DNA of 55,717 nucleotides from Candidatus Micrarchaeota archaeon (GCA_026396385.1 JAPLWV010000026.1:1-55717); one strand, 5' to 3'. Shown: positions 21,196 through 31,295, counted from the stretch's first letter. Numbers and translations: made by a program. Notes: generated from the letters alone by a model not told the origin.

Positions 21196-22053
21196 TTAGG
21201 CATGTTCTATATTCCTTCCGTACCAGTATACATACTGCTGTGCGTACCCCGCGTATCCATCCCAGTATTTCCTTGCGAATTCCGCTATTTCCTTGTCGCT
21301 CACATTTTTGTTCTTGAAATACACCTTTCTCATAGTCCTTCTGACCCACACATCTATGGGGAATGATTCCAGCTTTCCATAGGAGAAGAGCAGGACACAA
21401 TCTGCTATCTTCTCGCCGACTCCTTTCATTCTCATTAGCTCCATCCTGCCCTCGTTGTAGCTCATGTCAGCTATGCAGCTCAGGTCTATTCTGCCGGAGC
21501 ATGCTTTTGCAGCGTTCTTCAGATACTCCGCCCTGAAGCCAAGCTTGCACTGCTTCAGAGATTTAAGATTGACTTGAGAAAGGGAAAGGGCATCTGGGAA
21601 GCGGTAGAAACTCTCTCCCTCTACCTCAATTTTTTCCCCAAAAGTGCGGGAGAGGTTTCCTACTATGCATTTTATGTTTCTCAGATTGTTGTTTGTTGAG
21701 CAGATGAATGATGCTAGAGTCTCCCAGGGGTCTGAGAGAGTAAGCCGTAACCCATAGAATTCTGCAATTGCCTTTAGCATGAATTCGTCCTTTATGAGCC
21801 TCCTGTAGATGAGCTTCATGTCATCCTTCAGCCTGAACCTGTCCTCAACAACCTCTCTTATTTCCTCCTCGCTTGTATCTCCCTTCCACTCAACATTCAA
21901 TTCATACTTATTCTGCTGGAGCGATACAATAGCTCCTTCAACCAGAAAACGTGCTGCTCCCTTTTCGTAGCTCATGAGGAAAAACGGGGGCTGCCCACTG
22001 AGCATTGTATGTTCAAGGCTGAAACAGCTTACTGGAATGGTTATGGCAGGCAT
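21196..22053 (-). CDS. ogg: 8-oxoguanine DNA glycosylase/AP lyase (OGG1-type HhH-GPD)
   Basis: MKGVGEKIADCVLLFSYG and FPIDVWVRR match the OGG1 HhH-GPD Lys/Asp motif. Confidence 0.75.
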   Translation of the reverse strand: MPAITIPVSCFSLEHTMLSGQPPFFLMSYEKGAARFLVEGAIVSLQQNKYELNVEWKGDTSEEEIREVVEDRFRLKDDMKLIYRRLIKDEFMLKAIAEFYGLRLTLSDPWETLASFICSTNNNLRNIKCIVGNLSRTFGEKIEVEGESFYRFPDALSLSQVNLKSLKQCKLGFRAEYLKNAAKACSGRIDLSCIADMSYNEGRMELMRMKGVGEKIADCVLLFSYGKLESFPIDVWVRRTMRKVYFKNKNVSDKEIAEFARKYWDGYAGYAQQYVYWYGRNIEHA

Positions 22054-23540
22054 ACTACATTACCTTCTGAGAGGGAGTGTAACTTTTCCGGGAGAGTCTT
22101 CGAATCCTCCCTGCTCTGCTTGCCATCATTTCTGAAACGTATTGTGACAGTTCCATCCTTCAGGGTATCATAATCCACTGTCAAGCAGTAGGGCACTCCT
22201 ATCTCATCTGCCCTTGCGTATCTCTTGCCTATGCTCCCTGTTTCATCATAGATTACATCAAAACCTTTTTCTCTGAGTGAGTTTGCAATTTCGGATGCTC
22301 TCTCGCTCAGCCCATCCTTCTTCATGAGAGGAAGCACAGCAACTTCAAAAGGTGAGATGAAAGCTGGGAAGTCGAACCATTCCCAATCCCTTCTTTCAGC
22401 ACCGCCCCCTTCCCTGTAGCAGTACTCGAGCATGCACATTATAGTCCTGTCAACTCCAAAGCTTGGCTCAACTACGTGGGGTATGACCCTGCTCCCATCC
22501 TCAAGCAGAACAGACAAATCCTTGCCGCTTGACTGTGAATGGCTCTTCAGGTCATAATCTGTCCGGTAGGCATTGCCTATAACCTCAACCCACCCCACGG
22601 ATGTTTTCACTTCCAAGTCCACATTCCCTCCCGAGTAGTGAGGAGTCTCCTCAGGAAGCATGTGTCTGAAACGCAGCACGTCATATGGTATTCTCAGTTT
22701 CATGTAGAACTGCATCTCCCTTGCCATGAAATACGCCATTATCTCGTTTGGAACGAGCTTCCTCTCGACAGCCTCCTTTGCAGTGAGCTCTATGCACTTC
22801 TCGCTTCCCTTCTTCTGCTCCTCCCTTGTGTATATTATGAACTTCTCATTCTCAACCTCCTTGAATCTCGGGTGCTTTGGCGAACTTGGGTTGAAGAAAT
22901 ACTCAAGCTCCATCTGGCTGAACTCCCTCAGCCTCACAAGCCCCTGCCTCGGGGATATCTCATTCCTGAAGGATTTTCCGATCTGGGCTATTCCCATGGG
23001 CAGCTTTGATCCATGGCTCCTGAATACTCTTTGGAAATCAAGGAATATTCCCTGCGCTGTCTCAGGCCTTATGTAGCCGGTAGTCCCCTCTGTTGGACCT
23101 ATGTTTGTTTTGAACATGAGGTTGAACCAGCCCACATCCCCAAGGGGACCTCTGCACTCTGGACACACAATTTTCTTTTCCTTCATCTCTTTTGTGAGCT
23201 GCTCGGGCTTCATTCCCCCGCACGTGAAATTCCCCTTCTCCTCAAGCAGATGGTCGGCTCTGAATTTCTTCCCGCATTTTGAGCAGCCTACCACGGGGTC
23301 ACCGAAGCAGGAGAGATGCCCGGATGCTTTGAGAACAGCTTCTGGCAGGATATAAACAGTTTCTATTTCAAAGTTCCCCTCCCTTCTAAGGAAGAGGTCC
23401 CTCCAGCAGTCCTCAATCTTCCTCTTCAAAGCCTTTCCCACAGGCCCGTAGTCATAGAACCCCCCTACAGGCGAGTAGAGCTCATTGGAAGGAATCAATA
23501 TCGAACGCTTGAGCGCTATTTCCATCACTTTCTGCATCAT
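22041..23540 (-). CDS. glyS: Glycine--tRNA ligase (archaeal/eukaryotic alpha2 type)
   Basis: GFYDYGPVG, GIAQIGKSFRNEISPRQGLVRLREFSQMELEYF, class II motifs, C-terminal anticodon-binding domain. Confidence 0.9.
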   Translation of the reverse strand: MMQKVMEIALKRSILIPSNELYSPVGGFYDYGPVGKALKRKIEDCWRDLFLRREGNFEIETVYILPEAVLKASGHLSCFGDPVVGCSKCGKKFRADHLLEEKGNFTCGGMKPEQLTKEMKEKKIVCPECRGPLGDVGWFNLMFKTNIGPTEGTTGYIRPETAQGIFLDFQRVFRSHGSKLPMGIAQIGKSFRNEISPRQGLVRLREFSQMELEYFFNPSSPKHPRFKEVENEKFIIYTREEQKKGSEKCIELTAKEAVERKLVPNEIMAYFMAREMQFYMKLRIPYDVLRFRHMLPEETPHYSGGNVDLEVKTSVGWVEVIGNAYRTDYDLKSHSQSSGKDLSVLLEDGSRVIPHVVEPSFGVDRTIMCMLEYCYREGGGAERRDWEWFDFPAFISPFEVAVLPLMKKDGLSERASEIANSLREKGFDVIYDETGSIGKRYARADEIGVPYCLTVDYDTLKDGTVTIRFRNDGKQSREDSKTLPEKLHSLSEGNVVCLP

Positions 23541-23609
23541 GCAATCATCCGAGTTGATTAGACATGAGAAAATAGATAAAGATTAGCGTTTAAATATTCC
23601 GTAGGTGAT

Positions 23610-24389
23610 TTGATGGGACGGGAAGAATTTCTTGAGAAGGCTAGGGCGGGCGTCAAGGAAGCTTATCTTGAAAAGGACAGGCAACTCATTCAATGCGTCA
23701 ATGCTATAGATGAGATAGACAAGACGAGCAACCTGCTTTTCGAAAGGCTGCAGGAGTGGTACGGAATTTATTTTCCAGAACTCAGAGTGAAGGAGCCCGA
23801 GAAATACTGCGAACTTGTGCTTAGAATCGATAGGAAGAGTATTAACAGGGAGGAGCTTTCCAGGATAGTTGGCGAGGAGAGCGCAAATGTCATTGCCGAG
23901 AAAGCTGGGAGGAGCATGGGAGTTGATTTGGGCGATAATGATTTGGGTGAGATAAGAAAGCTTGCAAAAGAAATTCTGAATCTGCAGTCAATGAGAAGCT
24001 CATTTGAGAAGTACGAAACAGGGTTTGCGAAGGGACTCTGCCCCAATCTAACCTATCTGATTGAGGCTCCGCTTGCTGCGAAGCTCATAGCCCATGCCGG
24101 AAGTCTGAGGAGGCTTGCGAATATGCCTGCAAGCACAATTCAGGTGCTGGGGGCTGAGAAGGCTCTTTTCAAGCACTTGAGAAATCACACGAGACCACCA
24201 AAGCACGGCATTCTCTTCCAGCACCCATGGGTGAACTCCGCACCAAAGAAGGAAAGGGGGAGAATAGCACGGCTGCTCTCAACAAAGATAGCAATTGCCC
24301 TTAAAGGTGACTTCTACTCAAAGAATTTCATTGCGGATAGGCTTAAGGTAGACTTGGACAGAAGGATGGAAGAGATAAGAAAGGGATAG
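23610..24389 (+). CDS. Nop56/58 (Nop5) C/D box sRNP core protein, short form without the N-terminal fibrillarin-binding domain
   Basis: 259 aa. A NOSIC-like segment (LIQCVNAIDEIDKTSNLLFERLQEWYGIYFPEL) begins by residue ~25. Nop domain: GAEKALFKHLR..PKHGILFQHP. The upstream intergenic region is only 69 nt. Confidence 0.8.
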   Translation: MMGREEFLEKARAGVKEAYLEKDRQLIQCVNAIDEIDKTSNLLFERLQEWYGIYFPELRVKEPEKYCELVLRIDRKSINREELSRIVGEESANVIAEKAGRSMGVDLGDNDLGEIRKLAKEILNLQSMRSSFEKYETGFAKGLCPNLTYLIEAPLAAKLIAHAGSLRRLANMPASTIQVLGAEKALFKHLRNHTRPPKHGILFQHPWVNSAPKKERGRIARLLSTKIAIALKGDFYSKNFIADRLKVDLDRRMEEIRKG

Positions 24390-24391
24390 GA

Positions 24392-25045
24392 ATGAGGATA
24401 CTTGCTCTTTCTGACTTGCACAGTGAGGGGACAGTACTGGAAGGCCTGAAGAACCTGCTTGACAAGGAGAGGTTTGACTTGGTCATAATTGCAGGCGATA
24501 TAACGCAGAGAGGACCTCTCTCATACGCAGAGGACTTGCTTGACGTGCTGAGAGGAGAGAAAGTTCTGGCGATACACGGGAATATGGACACGCGGCAGGT
24601 TATTGACTTGCTGGAGAGAAATGGGTTTTTCTTCCATCTGAGCAAAGTGGAGGTGGGAGAATGGAATTTTGTAGGATTTGGCGGCAGCAGCCCAACTCCT
24701 TTCGGGACTCCAATTGAGTATGAGGAAAAGCAGATCTATGATGAGCTGAGCAAGTTTAGAATGAGTTCAAAAACAATTCTTGTTACCCATTCCCCTCCTT
24801 ATAATTCTGGTATTGACAAAACATCTGCCGGTGTGATCGCAGGCAGCAAGTCAATAAGGAGAATCATTGAGGAAAAGAAGCCGTTCATGGATATATGCGG
24901 ACATATTCACGAGGGGGGCGGGGAAGTGATGATTGGGAACACGAAGGTTATCAAGGTACCACCTGCAATGGAGGGAAAGGCAGTTGAGATAGAGCTGGGG
25001 AATAATGTTGCTACGAGAATCATCCAACTAGCTACTTTTTACTGA
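24392..25045 (+). CDS. Calcineurin-like metallophosphoesterase (YfcE/MJ0936-like)
   Basis: MRILALSDLHSE, IIAGDITQRG, HGNMD, THSPPY, GHIHEG. Confidence 0.8.
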   Translation: MRILALSDLHSEGTVLEGLKNLLDKERFDLVIIAGDITQRGPLSYAEDLLDVLRGEKVLAIHGNMDTRQVIDLLERNGFFFHLSKVEVGEWNFVGFGGSSPTPFGTPIEYEEKQIYDELSKFRMSSKTILVTHSPPYNSGIDKTSAGVIAGSKSIRRIIEEKKPFMDICGHIHEGGGEVMIGNTKVIKVPPAMEGKAVEIELGNNVATRIIQLATFY

Positions 25046-26247
25046 AGAACCCCAAACCCGCACAGCCTCCATCGCTGGCCTACCTTTCTGCTTATGGCTA
25101 TTTTGCCTTTCTTTTCAGCACACACGGGTCTCTTTAAGGCTACAGTCATCACATTCTTCTTTATCTTCTGAACGAATCCCACCGAAGTCGAGGTGCCAAT
25201 TCCCAGCACGAGAGGCTCGTTAAGCTTGAAGGGCGGGTTCTCCATGTCCGGCCTCTTGAGAATGTGGAATTCAATTTCAATGATATTGCTCGTCTCGGGG
25301 AGTGTTCCAATCTTCCCAAGGATGTTGCCCACAAGAGTATCCGCCTTTGTAAGGGAGGGGTCAAGCCCTGTGCCAACTGCCATGAGCCCACCGGGAACTG
25401 CGCTCCCCAGCCTCTCCTTTCCTGCACTGAGAGCAGTAACTTTGGAGGTTATAGCCTCGTAAACCTCCTTGTCCTTCTCCCCTTTTGAAACTCCAGGCCT
25501 TATCTCAATTTCGTCATTGCACTTCAGCTCTCCCTGTATGAGGGAACCTCCCACAACCCCCCCAACAAGCTTGTTTATTTCAGTACCCGGTCTGTTCACG
25601 TCAAATGAGCGAGCTATGTACATCCTGGGCGATGCCTCCAAATTCCTTTTTGGAGTTGGAATGTGCTTCTGTATCTCCCCAATCAGCACGTCCATGTTGA
25701 GGCAGTAGTTAGCAACGAAAGGGATTATGGGTGCCTTCTCCGCGATTGTCCCCTTCACAAAGCTCGTTATCTGCTCGTAATTCGCCTTTGCTTTTGCCTT
25801 GTCTACCAGATCTACCTTGTTCTGCACTATGACGATGTTCTTCACTCCAAGAATGTCAAGAATCATCATATGCTCAAGCGTCTGCGGCTGGGGGCACTCC
25901 TCGTTTGCAGCTATGACAAGTATGGCACCATCTATAATGGTTGAAGCTGCAATTGCAGTTGCCATAAGCGTCTCGTGGCCTGGCGCATCAAGGAAAGAAA
26001 CCCTTCTGAGAATCTCGGATGCGGCACCGCATTTCGGGCATTTCTCCTCAGTGGTGAATGCCTCGGGCTCCGGGCATTGGGGGCATTTCCTGAAAACAGC
26101 ATCCGCGTAACCCAATTTTATGGTTATGCCCCTCCTCTTCTCCTCGCTGTGAACCAGAGTCCAAACTCCTGTCAAGCACCTTACAACAGATGTTTTGCCA
26201 TGCTCCACATGACCAAGAAGACCTATGTTAACTTCAGCCTGACCCAA
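25039..26247 (-). CDS. eif2g: Translation initiation factor 2 subunit gamma (aIF2-gamma)
   Basis: NIGLLGHVEHGKTS G1 motif, zinc knuckle CPQC..CPKCG, DAPGHE, NKVD. Confidence 0.9.
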   Translation of the reverse strand: MGQAEVNIGLLGHVEHGKTSVVRCLTGVWTLVHSEEKRRGITIKLGYADAVFRKCPQCPEPEAFTTEEKCPKCGAASEILRRVSFLDAPGHETLMATAIAASTIIDGAILVIAANEECPQPQTLEHMMILDILGVKNIVIVQNKVDLVDKAKAKANYEQITSFVKGTIAEKAPIIPFVANYCLNMDVLIGEIQKHIPTPKRNLEASPRMYIARSFDVNRPGTEINKLVGGVVGGSLIQGELKCNDEIEIRPGVSKGEKDKEVYEAITSKVTALSAGKERLGSAVPGGLMAVGTGLDPSLTKADTLVGNILGKIGTLPETSNIIEIEFHILKRPDMENPPFKLNEPLVLGIGTSTSVGFVQKIKKNVMTVALKRPVCAEKKGKIAISRKVGQRWRLCGFGVLQ

Positions 26248-26258
26248 TCAACCACCGC

Positions 26259-26651
26259 TCACTTCTTCTCTTCCTTTGGCTTTGGCGGGAACAACTCCTC
26301 GAGCTTCTTCTCGCCTGCTTCAACAATCACTGTGTTAAGCTGGACTATCTGGTCTGTGACTAGGTTGCCCCTCACGCTCTTCTTCCTTCTCTCCCCCTTC
26401 CTCTTCGCCCTGAAGCCAACGCCAGTAGAGAGCAGCAGCCTTGCCTTTCTTGCCCCTCTCAAATCGCTCCTCATGGGGAGGCCATCCTTGTCGCTTCCTC
26501 CGGTTATCTTCAGCTTGTAGCCTGCTGCGCCAACAGCTCCTCCGTCAAGCGGGTCTCCAAGCTTCAAGCCAACAAGGGAAGCTTCCTTATCCTTCGTTAT
26601 ATCCGTCTGGTAGCTCTTTCCTGTTTTCGGGTCTGAAATGACAACTTTCAT
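26259..26651 (-). CDS. rps6e: 30S ribosomal protein S6e
   Basis: MKVVISDPKTGKSYQ.., GYKLKITGGSDKDGLPMR, basic C-terminal half. Confidence 0.9.
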   Translation of the reverse strand: MKVVISDPKTGKSYQTDITKDKEASLVGLKLGDPLDGGAVGAAGYKLKITGGSDKDGLPMRSDLRGARKARLLLSTGVGFRAKRKGERRKKSVRGNLVTDQIVQLNTVIVEAGEKKLEELFPPKPKEEKK

Positions 26652-26737
26652 CGTTATACCTCCTCTTTAGTATGTCTAAAATTTGGGATATGAATATCGT
26701 TATTAATCTTTATAATCCTGTCGTCTTTGTTCACATG

Positions 26738-28027
26738 TCAACCGTGTGAGGATGCCGCAAACGTATCACCTAAAATGCCTCGTATCCTGCCAAGCAGCTC
26801 AATCTCAGTTGGGCTGAGGAACTCCCTGTACTTGCTCAGTAGCAGCTTGGCATGTGCCCTTGGGACATTGGAATACAGTACATCTCCCTCATTCACCTGC
26901 CTTCCGAAAGTGGGCTCACTCATTGAGATTGCAACCTGCATTCCCTCCTTTGCTTCTGCTATGCTCTCCTTCTCGCTCTGTATTGCCTTTATTTTCCCCA
27001 CAGCCACTCCTTTCTCATTTATCAGCTCATACTCCGGCTTTATTCTTCCAGCAGTTATATCCACTCCGAATATTGCGGGGTGGGAAGTCCTGAAGCAGCA
27101 GCCGGCCATAACCTTCAGCCTGGCGGGCAGTGTCAGTGAGGAGAAAGCCTGGCTGCGCTCCGATTCCCTTTCCTTCTCAACCCACTTCTTGTAGTTGTCG
27201 AGCAACGCGTATATTATCCCCTCTTTCATTATTGTTATCCCAGTCCTCCTGGACTCCTCCTCTGCATCCTCAAGAACATCAACGTTGAATGAGAGAACTA
27301 CACCGTAATACCTGTTCTGGTTCCTTATCCCTGATGCATCAACAACATCCTTCTTCACAACAGCGCCTATGCCTGCCTTGCTAACGGGCACCTTCTCATC
27401 CTTCAGAAGCTTCGTTATCGCTTCAAGAGAGCCCAGCGTATCAGCTTTCAGTATAACTCCTTCCTCACCCTTCTCGATGAGTACTGCTTTTATCTCCTTG
27501 TCTACTTCTGCCTTCAGCTTCCTCTCATCAGACTTGCCTGCAACGAATATGGGTGAGCCTGCAATTGCATCCTCCAAGCCAGGAGCTGCTATTTTCACTC
27601 CAGCGGCAGCATGCACTTCCTCCACATTCAGGAATTTCTCCTTTGGATCTCTCATCTCATCAAGCGGCTTGGGTCTTAGTAACGCTCTGACCTTCGTAGT
27701 CCTTGCTCCATTGATAGTTCCGAACACTATCGTGTCTCCTCTCCTGATTACGCCATCGTAGAATATTGCATCAACAGTCTTCCCAAGCCCTGTCTCATCC
27801 TTCACTTCCAGTATGCTCCCCCTTCCCTCCCCCTTCACCTTAAGATGCAGCCTGGTCTTGAGGAACCTCTGGGATAAACCCGCTATGAACATGAGCAGCT
27901 CGTTCACCCCTTCGCCCGTCTTTGCGCTTATGGGTATTATTGCGATCTGTTTTGTGAAATCTGAAATCCTGTCAAACCTCTCTGACTGGAAGCCCAGCTC
28001 GCTTAATCTTCCTACAAACTGGTAAGC
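26738..28027 (-). CDS. infB: Translation initiation factor aIF5B (IF-2), C-terminal ~430 codons; the frame is displaced from the N-terminal fragment
   Basis: The frame is open from about 28033 and reads [83 protein letters not shown]. This continues the aIF5B G domain into domains II-IV. Confidence 0.85.
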   Translation of the reverse strand, partial: AYQFVGRLSELGFQSERFDRISDFTKQIAIIPISAKTGEGVNELLMFIAGLSQRFLKTRLHLKVKGEGRGSILEVKDETGLGKTVDAIFYDGVIRRGDTIVFGTINGARTTKVRALLRPKPLDEMRDPKEKFLNVEEVHAAAGVKIAAPGLEDAIAGSPIFVAGKSDERKLKAEVDKEIKAVLIEKGEEGVILKADTLGSLEAITKLLKDEKVPVSKAGIGAVVKKDVVDASGIRNQNRYYGVVLSFNVDVLEDAEEESRRTGITIMKEGIIYALLDNYKKWVEKERESERSQAFSSLTLPARLKVMAGCCFRTSHPAIFGVDITAGRIKPEYELINEKGVAVGKIKAIQSEKESIAEAKEGMQVAISMSEPTFGRQVNEGDVLYSNVPRAHAKLLLSKYREFLSPTEIELLGRIRGILGDTFAASSHG

Positions 28028-28524
28028 TTCTTCTCAAGTTCCTGTTGCGCATGCGGCGGCTGGGAGTTGAAGGATTGCATAAATGTTGAGTCGGGATGAG
28101 AAACCCAGCCGTCTACCAAATCTATCTTGTTCATTGCAATTACAAAAGGAGTCTTGTAATCCCTCAGAATCTCAATTGTCTCAAGTGTCTGGGGCTCAAA
28201 CCCTTTCGTGATGTCCAGTACGAGCACAGCCATGTCTGAGATGCTGCCTCCTCTCTCTCTCAGGTTTGTGAATGCCTCGTGGCCTGGCGTGTCTATGAAG
28301 AGCAGGCCGGGTATCTCCAGCTTTGTCTGCATGAGGGCCATCATCGCGCTGCAGGCTTTGACTATCACCTCTGTCGGCACCTCGCTTGCCCCTATGTGCT
28401 GCGTTATGCTCCCCTTCTCTCTCTTTGCAACAGAAGTCTTCCTTATCTTGTCTAGCAGGGAAGTCTTCCCGTGGTCTACATGACCCATCACCACTACAAT
28501 AGGCTGCCTTATCATATCAAACAC
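28012..28524 (-). CDS. infB: Translation initiation factor aIF5B (IF-2), N-terminal GTPase fragment, ending at a premature stop after a frame change
   Basis: [32 protein letters not shown]. The frame ends ..[11 protein letters not shown], where homologs continue in the other frame. Confidence 0.85.
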   Translation of the reverse strand: MFDMIRQPIVVVMGHVDHGKTSLLDKIRKTSVAKREKGSITQHIGASEVPTEVIVKACSAMMALMQTKLEIPGLLFIDTPGHEAFTNLRERGGSISDMAVLVLDITKGFEPQTLETIEILRDYKTPFVIAMNKIDLVDGWVSHPDSTFMQSFNSQPPHAQQELEKKLTSL

Positions 28525-28616
28525 CAGAACAAGCCTAGAGAGACTGGCAAATTGAATTGCTCTTATTATGCTGGATAAGATATTTAACGCTTTTTCTAAG
28601 TTGGGTGTAATGCTTT

Positions 28617-29333
28617 TTAGCGGGCCGGTATGCTTCCCCTCATTATCTCCCTCAGCTTGCGCGACTCTTCCTTCGGATTTGCTGAATCGAGTATGCCTCT
28701 CCCAACAATTGCGAAGTTGGAACCTGCTCTGAATGCTTTTCCAGCATCCCCTCCCTGTGCTCCTATGCCTGGTGACAGAATCAGGATATCCTCTCCTATC
28801 AGCTTCCTCACCATTGAGAGCAGATCGTACTGATTTCCAGGTGCTATCACACCTGCAACATCCAGCTTCTTGGCAATCTGCGCAATCTCCTCAGTTACCT
28901 CTTTCTTGAATAGATGGCCCGGGCTTGTCATCGCAGTAAGCAGGAAAACCCCCTTTCCCATCTTGTTGGCGGAACTGACAACTGCCTCAACAGCCTTCTC
29001 ACCCTGGAAGCCATGGCAGATTATGGCATCATACCCTTTCGTGAAGTAGTATTCCGCCTTCATTGCATTGCTCTTCTCTATATCAGCAATCTTGGCGTCA
29101 AGTATCACTGGGACTCCATCGCCAGCCCTCTTCAATGCACCTATGGCGTTTTCATGGGAGAACCCCCATATATCGGCATATTCGGGGTGCACCTTCACAG
29201 CCGCAATGTTCTTTGCCGACTCCGAGAGCACTCTTTGCGCTTTCTTCCAGTCAGCAGTATCCACTGCCAGTATCAGGGTTGAGTCCCTGCTCATTGCGTT
29301 CTGCAAGAATACTTTTCGATATTCGGCCTGCAT
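28617..29333 (-). CDS. pyrF: Orotidine 5'-phosphate decarboxylase
   Basis: [23 protein letters not shown], and a C-terminal FAIVGRGI phosphate-binding loop. Confidence 0.8.
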   Translation of the reverse strand: MQAEYRKVFLQNAMSRDSTLILAVDTADWKKAQRVLSESAKNIAAVKVHPEYADIWGFSHENAIGALKRAGDGVPVILDAKIADIEKSNAMKAEYYFTKGYDAIICHGFQGEKAVEAVVSSANKMGKGVFLLTAMTSPGHLFKKEVTEEIAQIAKKLDVAGVIAPGNQYDLLSMVRKLIGEDILILSPGIGAQGGDAGKAFRAGSNFAIVGRGILDSANPKEESRKLREIMRGSIPAR

Positions 29334-29392
29334 AAGATACCCCCATAGGATTAGGCGATTGCCTAATAAATACTTACGGTGGCATACTCCAC

Positions 29393-29554
29393 TTATGAAT
29401 AAGTGTGGGCTTCCTGCTTCACAGACGTTGCTTCTGCAACATCTCTCTCCTTTATGGAATTGCAGGCGTTACTTCCCCCTTGCCCAGGGGTAGCTCTTAT
29501 GAGTATATTATGTGCAGAATTCAAATCTCTATCTGTTGATAAGCCACAGCAGCA
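29393..29554 (-). pseudogene. Relic of the C-terminus of an IS200/IS605-family TnpB (OrfB) gene
   Basis: Reads CCCGLSTDRDLNSAHNILIRATPGQGGSNACNSIKERDVAEATSVKQEAHTYS*. The CG..DRDxNxAxNIL motif (RuvC-III / zinc-finger end) and the ..G..NACG....KQEA tail are typical TnpB 3' ends. The remaining ~350 codons are absent. Confidence 0.6.
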
Positions 29555-29813
29555 TGATGAGGAGCCCAAGCAGGAAGACACAGTAATGGCTGGCTATAAG
29601 ACCCACTCGCTCGCTGTTATCCTTGATTTCGCGGTAGACGAAAAGGGTCGGCAGAAGCCATATGGTAAGGACAAGTGCTGCAACCAGCAGGGGGCCTCCA
29701 GTCCCTATGAATGTGAGTATTTCAAGGCAGAGGAAAAGGACTACCAAACCGATGACAAGTCCCTTAGCAAAACCATTTTTGAATTTATCATGGTTGAGCT
29801 TTATGATTTTCAT
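29529..29813 (-). CDS. Small membrane protein (94 aa), hypothetical
   Basis: Three hydrophobic segments. Follows scpB by 8 nt on the same strand. Its 3' end overlaps the TnpB relic in another frame. Confidence 0.45.
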   Translation of the reverse strand: MKIIKLNHDKFKNGFAKGLVIGLVVLFLCLEILTFIGTGGPLLVAALVLTIWLLPTLFVYREIKDNSERVGLIASHYCVFLLGLLIMLLWLINR

Positions 29814-29820
29814 GCGACCA

Positions 29821-30411
29821 CTACACGGTGAAATACTCCTTGAACTTCTTCGTTGTCCTCAGCAGCTTCGTCCTACCCTGCTTCTCGGCAGTGATGAACT
29901 CTTTCTCCACAAGCTCCTTCACATGGTCGTATACTGCTGAGCCGACCATCTTGGCAAGCTTGGACTGGGCAATCCCGTCATTTTTCGCAATTACTGCAAG
30001 ATTCTTTATTGCGCCTTTTGATAACTCTGCCTCCTTTGCCAGATTGGACACCTTCCTCTCATACTCAAGCTTGAGGCGCATTATATATCCTCCATCCTCG
30101 AAAGATATCACGATTGCACTGCCCCTCGCCTCGTACTCCTGCTGCAGCTCCTTCAGCTTCTCCTGCACTATCTTCCAGGAGTTGACTCCTGCAAGCTTTG
30201 AAAGCGTCCTCACGGTCATGGGGGAGGTGCTCATGAAAAGCGCAGCCTCAATAATGCTCTTCGCATCAAGCGTCTCTTCGGGCTTCCGAGCCTGTTCCTG
30301 TGGTCTCTCCCCTGCAGGCCGCCCTTCTACCTCCTCCTCAAGCATCTGCTCGAACTTCTCCTCTTCAATTTTCCCCATTCCGGTTTTATCCTGCGGCGTT
30401 CCCTCTTCCAT
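29821..30411 (-). CDS. scpB: Segregation and condensation protein B (ScpB)
   Basis: SIIEAALFMSTSPMTVRTLSKLAGV and a second winged-helix segment, GAIKNLAVIAKNDGIAQSKLAKMVG. Confidence 0.8.
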   Translation of the reverse strand: MEEGTPQDKTGMGKIEEEKFEQMLEEEVEGRPAGERPQEQARKPEETLDAKSIIEAALFMSTSPMTVRTLSKLAGVNSWKIVQEKLKELQQEYEARGSAIVISFEDGGYIMRLKLEYERKVSNLAKEAELSKGAIKNLAVIAKNDGIAQSKLAKMVGSAVYDHVKELVEKEFITAEKQGRTKLLRTTKKFKEYFTV

Positions 30412-30445
30412 GCTTAGTCCCTTGTTCTCTAGTTAATATTAATCT

Positions 30446-31201
30446 TTACTGCAGCTTTGTTTTTCCTTCTTCTTTAAAGGCAGTATTCTCAAGCCGAAGC
30501 TTTGAATTTTGCAACTCCTTTTGCATGTTCATCACCGGAAGTTGAATAAAAATCTCGCCAAAGAACTTCTCCTGAAAGACGGAGAGCTTCCCATCTTGGG
30601 CAAGGTGCAGCAGTGGAATGAGCGTGTATATGATCTCCTTCCTGCTCCTCTCCTTCAGCAGGGATGAAAAGGTCGCAAGCCCGCTGGCATCTGCTGTTTT
30701 CTTCACTCTTGCGAAAACCTCATTCATCTGCCTGGTGATATTGTATTTCGGTATGTCTATCACCATGTTCTCCCTTATCACCGGCTTCTCCTGCCTTCTC
30801 TTCTGCTCCTCAAAAACCTCTTCAAGAGCTGTCATGAGCTCGTTCAGCGTCACCTTCCTCTTCCTCGGTATCCTCGTCCTCAGGGATAGCATGGGTATCT
30901 CGACAGGCGCCTGCGTCTCGTCAATGAAGGTCTGCTGCTCCACGACCTGCTCCTCCTCTTCAAACCTGAGGGCATCGCTCTTGAAGCGCAGGAGGATTGA
31001 TGCGGCAAGGATGAGGTTTGCCGGCACGCGCAGGTCCAGCTTCTGCAGCTTCCTCACCCTCTCCAGATATTTTGAGGTAATGTCAACAAGGTCTATGTTC
31101 CAGGGGTCCAGCTTCTCGCTCACCACAAGGTCAAACAGCATCTCCCTCCAGGTGGGCTGGGCGACAAGCTGCTCCAGATTTATTCCTTCTTTCTGTTCCA
31201 T
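30446..31201 (-). CDS. scpA: Segregation and condensation protein A (ScpA, kleisin)
   Basis: From ATG 31201: MEQKEGINLEQLV..FDLVVSEKLDPWNIDLVDITSKYL..LILAASILLRFKS.. and C-terminal IYTLIPLLHLAQDGKL. The ORF-track start at 31249 is probably too far upstream. Confidence 0.75.
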   Translation of the reverse strand: MEQKEGINLEQLVAQPTWREMLFDLVVSEKLDPWNIDLVDITSKYLERVRKLQKLDLRVPANLILAASILLRFKSDALRFEEEEQVVEQQTFIDETQAPVEIPMLSLRTRIPRKRKVTLNELMTALEEVFEEQKRRQEKPVIRENMVIDIPKYNITRQMNEVFARVKKTADASGLATFSSLLKERSRKEIIYTLIPLLHLAQDGKLSVFQEKFFGEIFIQLPVMNMQKELQNSKLRLENTAFKEEGKTKLQ

Positions 31202-31295
31202 CGCAATGATTTCACTCTGGAACAATATTAACCTTTCCAGCCGGCACATCTCGCGTGAAAAACATCAACGGCATTTCCCTCTTCCGAGCGCTTGC

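Noticed and set aside
28012-28035. Programmed ribosomal frameshifting in infB
   Set aside because: I could see no slippery heptamer or downstream stimulatory structure. A 1-nt indel in the GAAGAAG run is the simpler explanation. It is kept as a finding only as something to verify.
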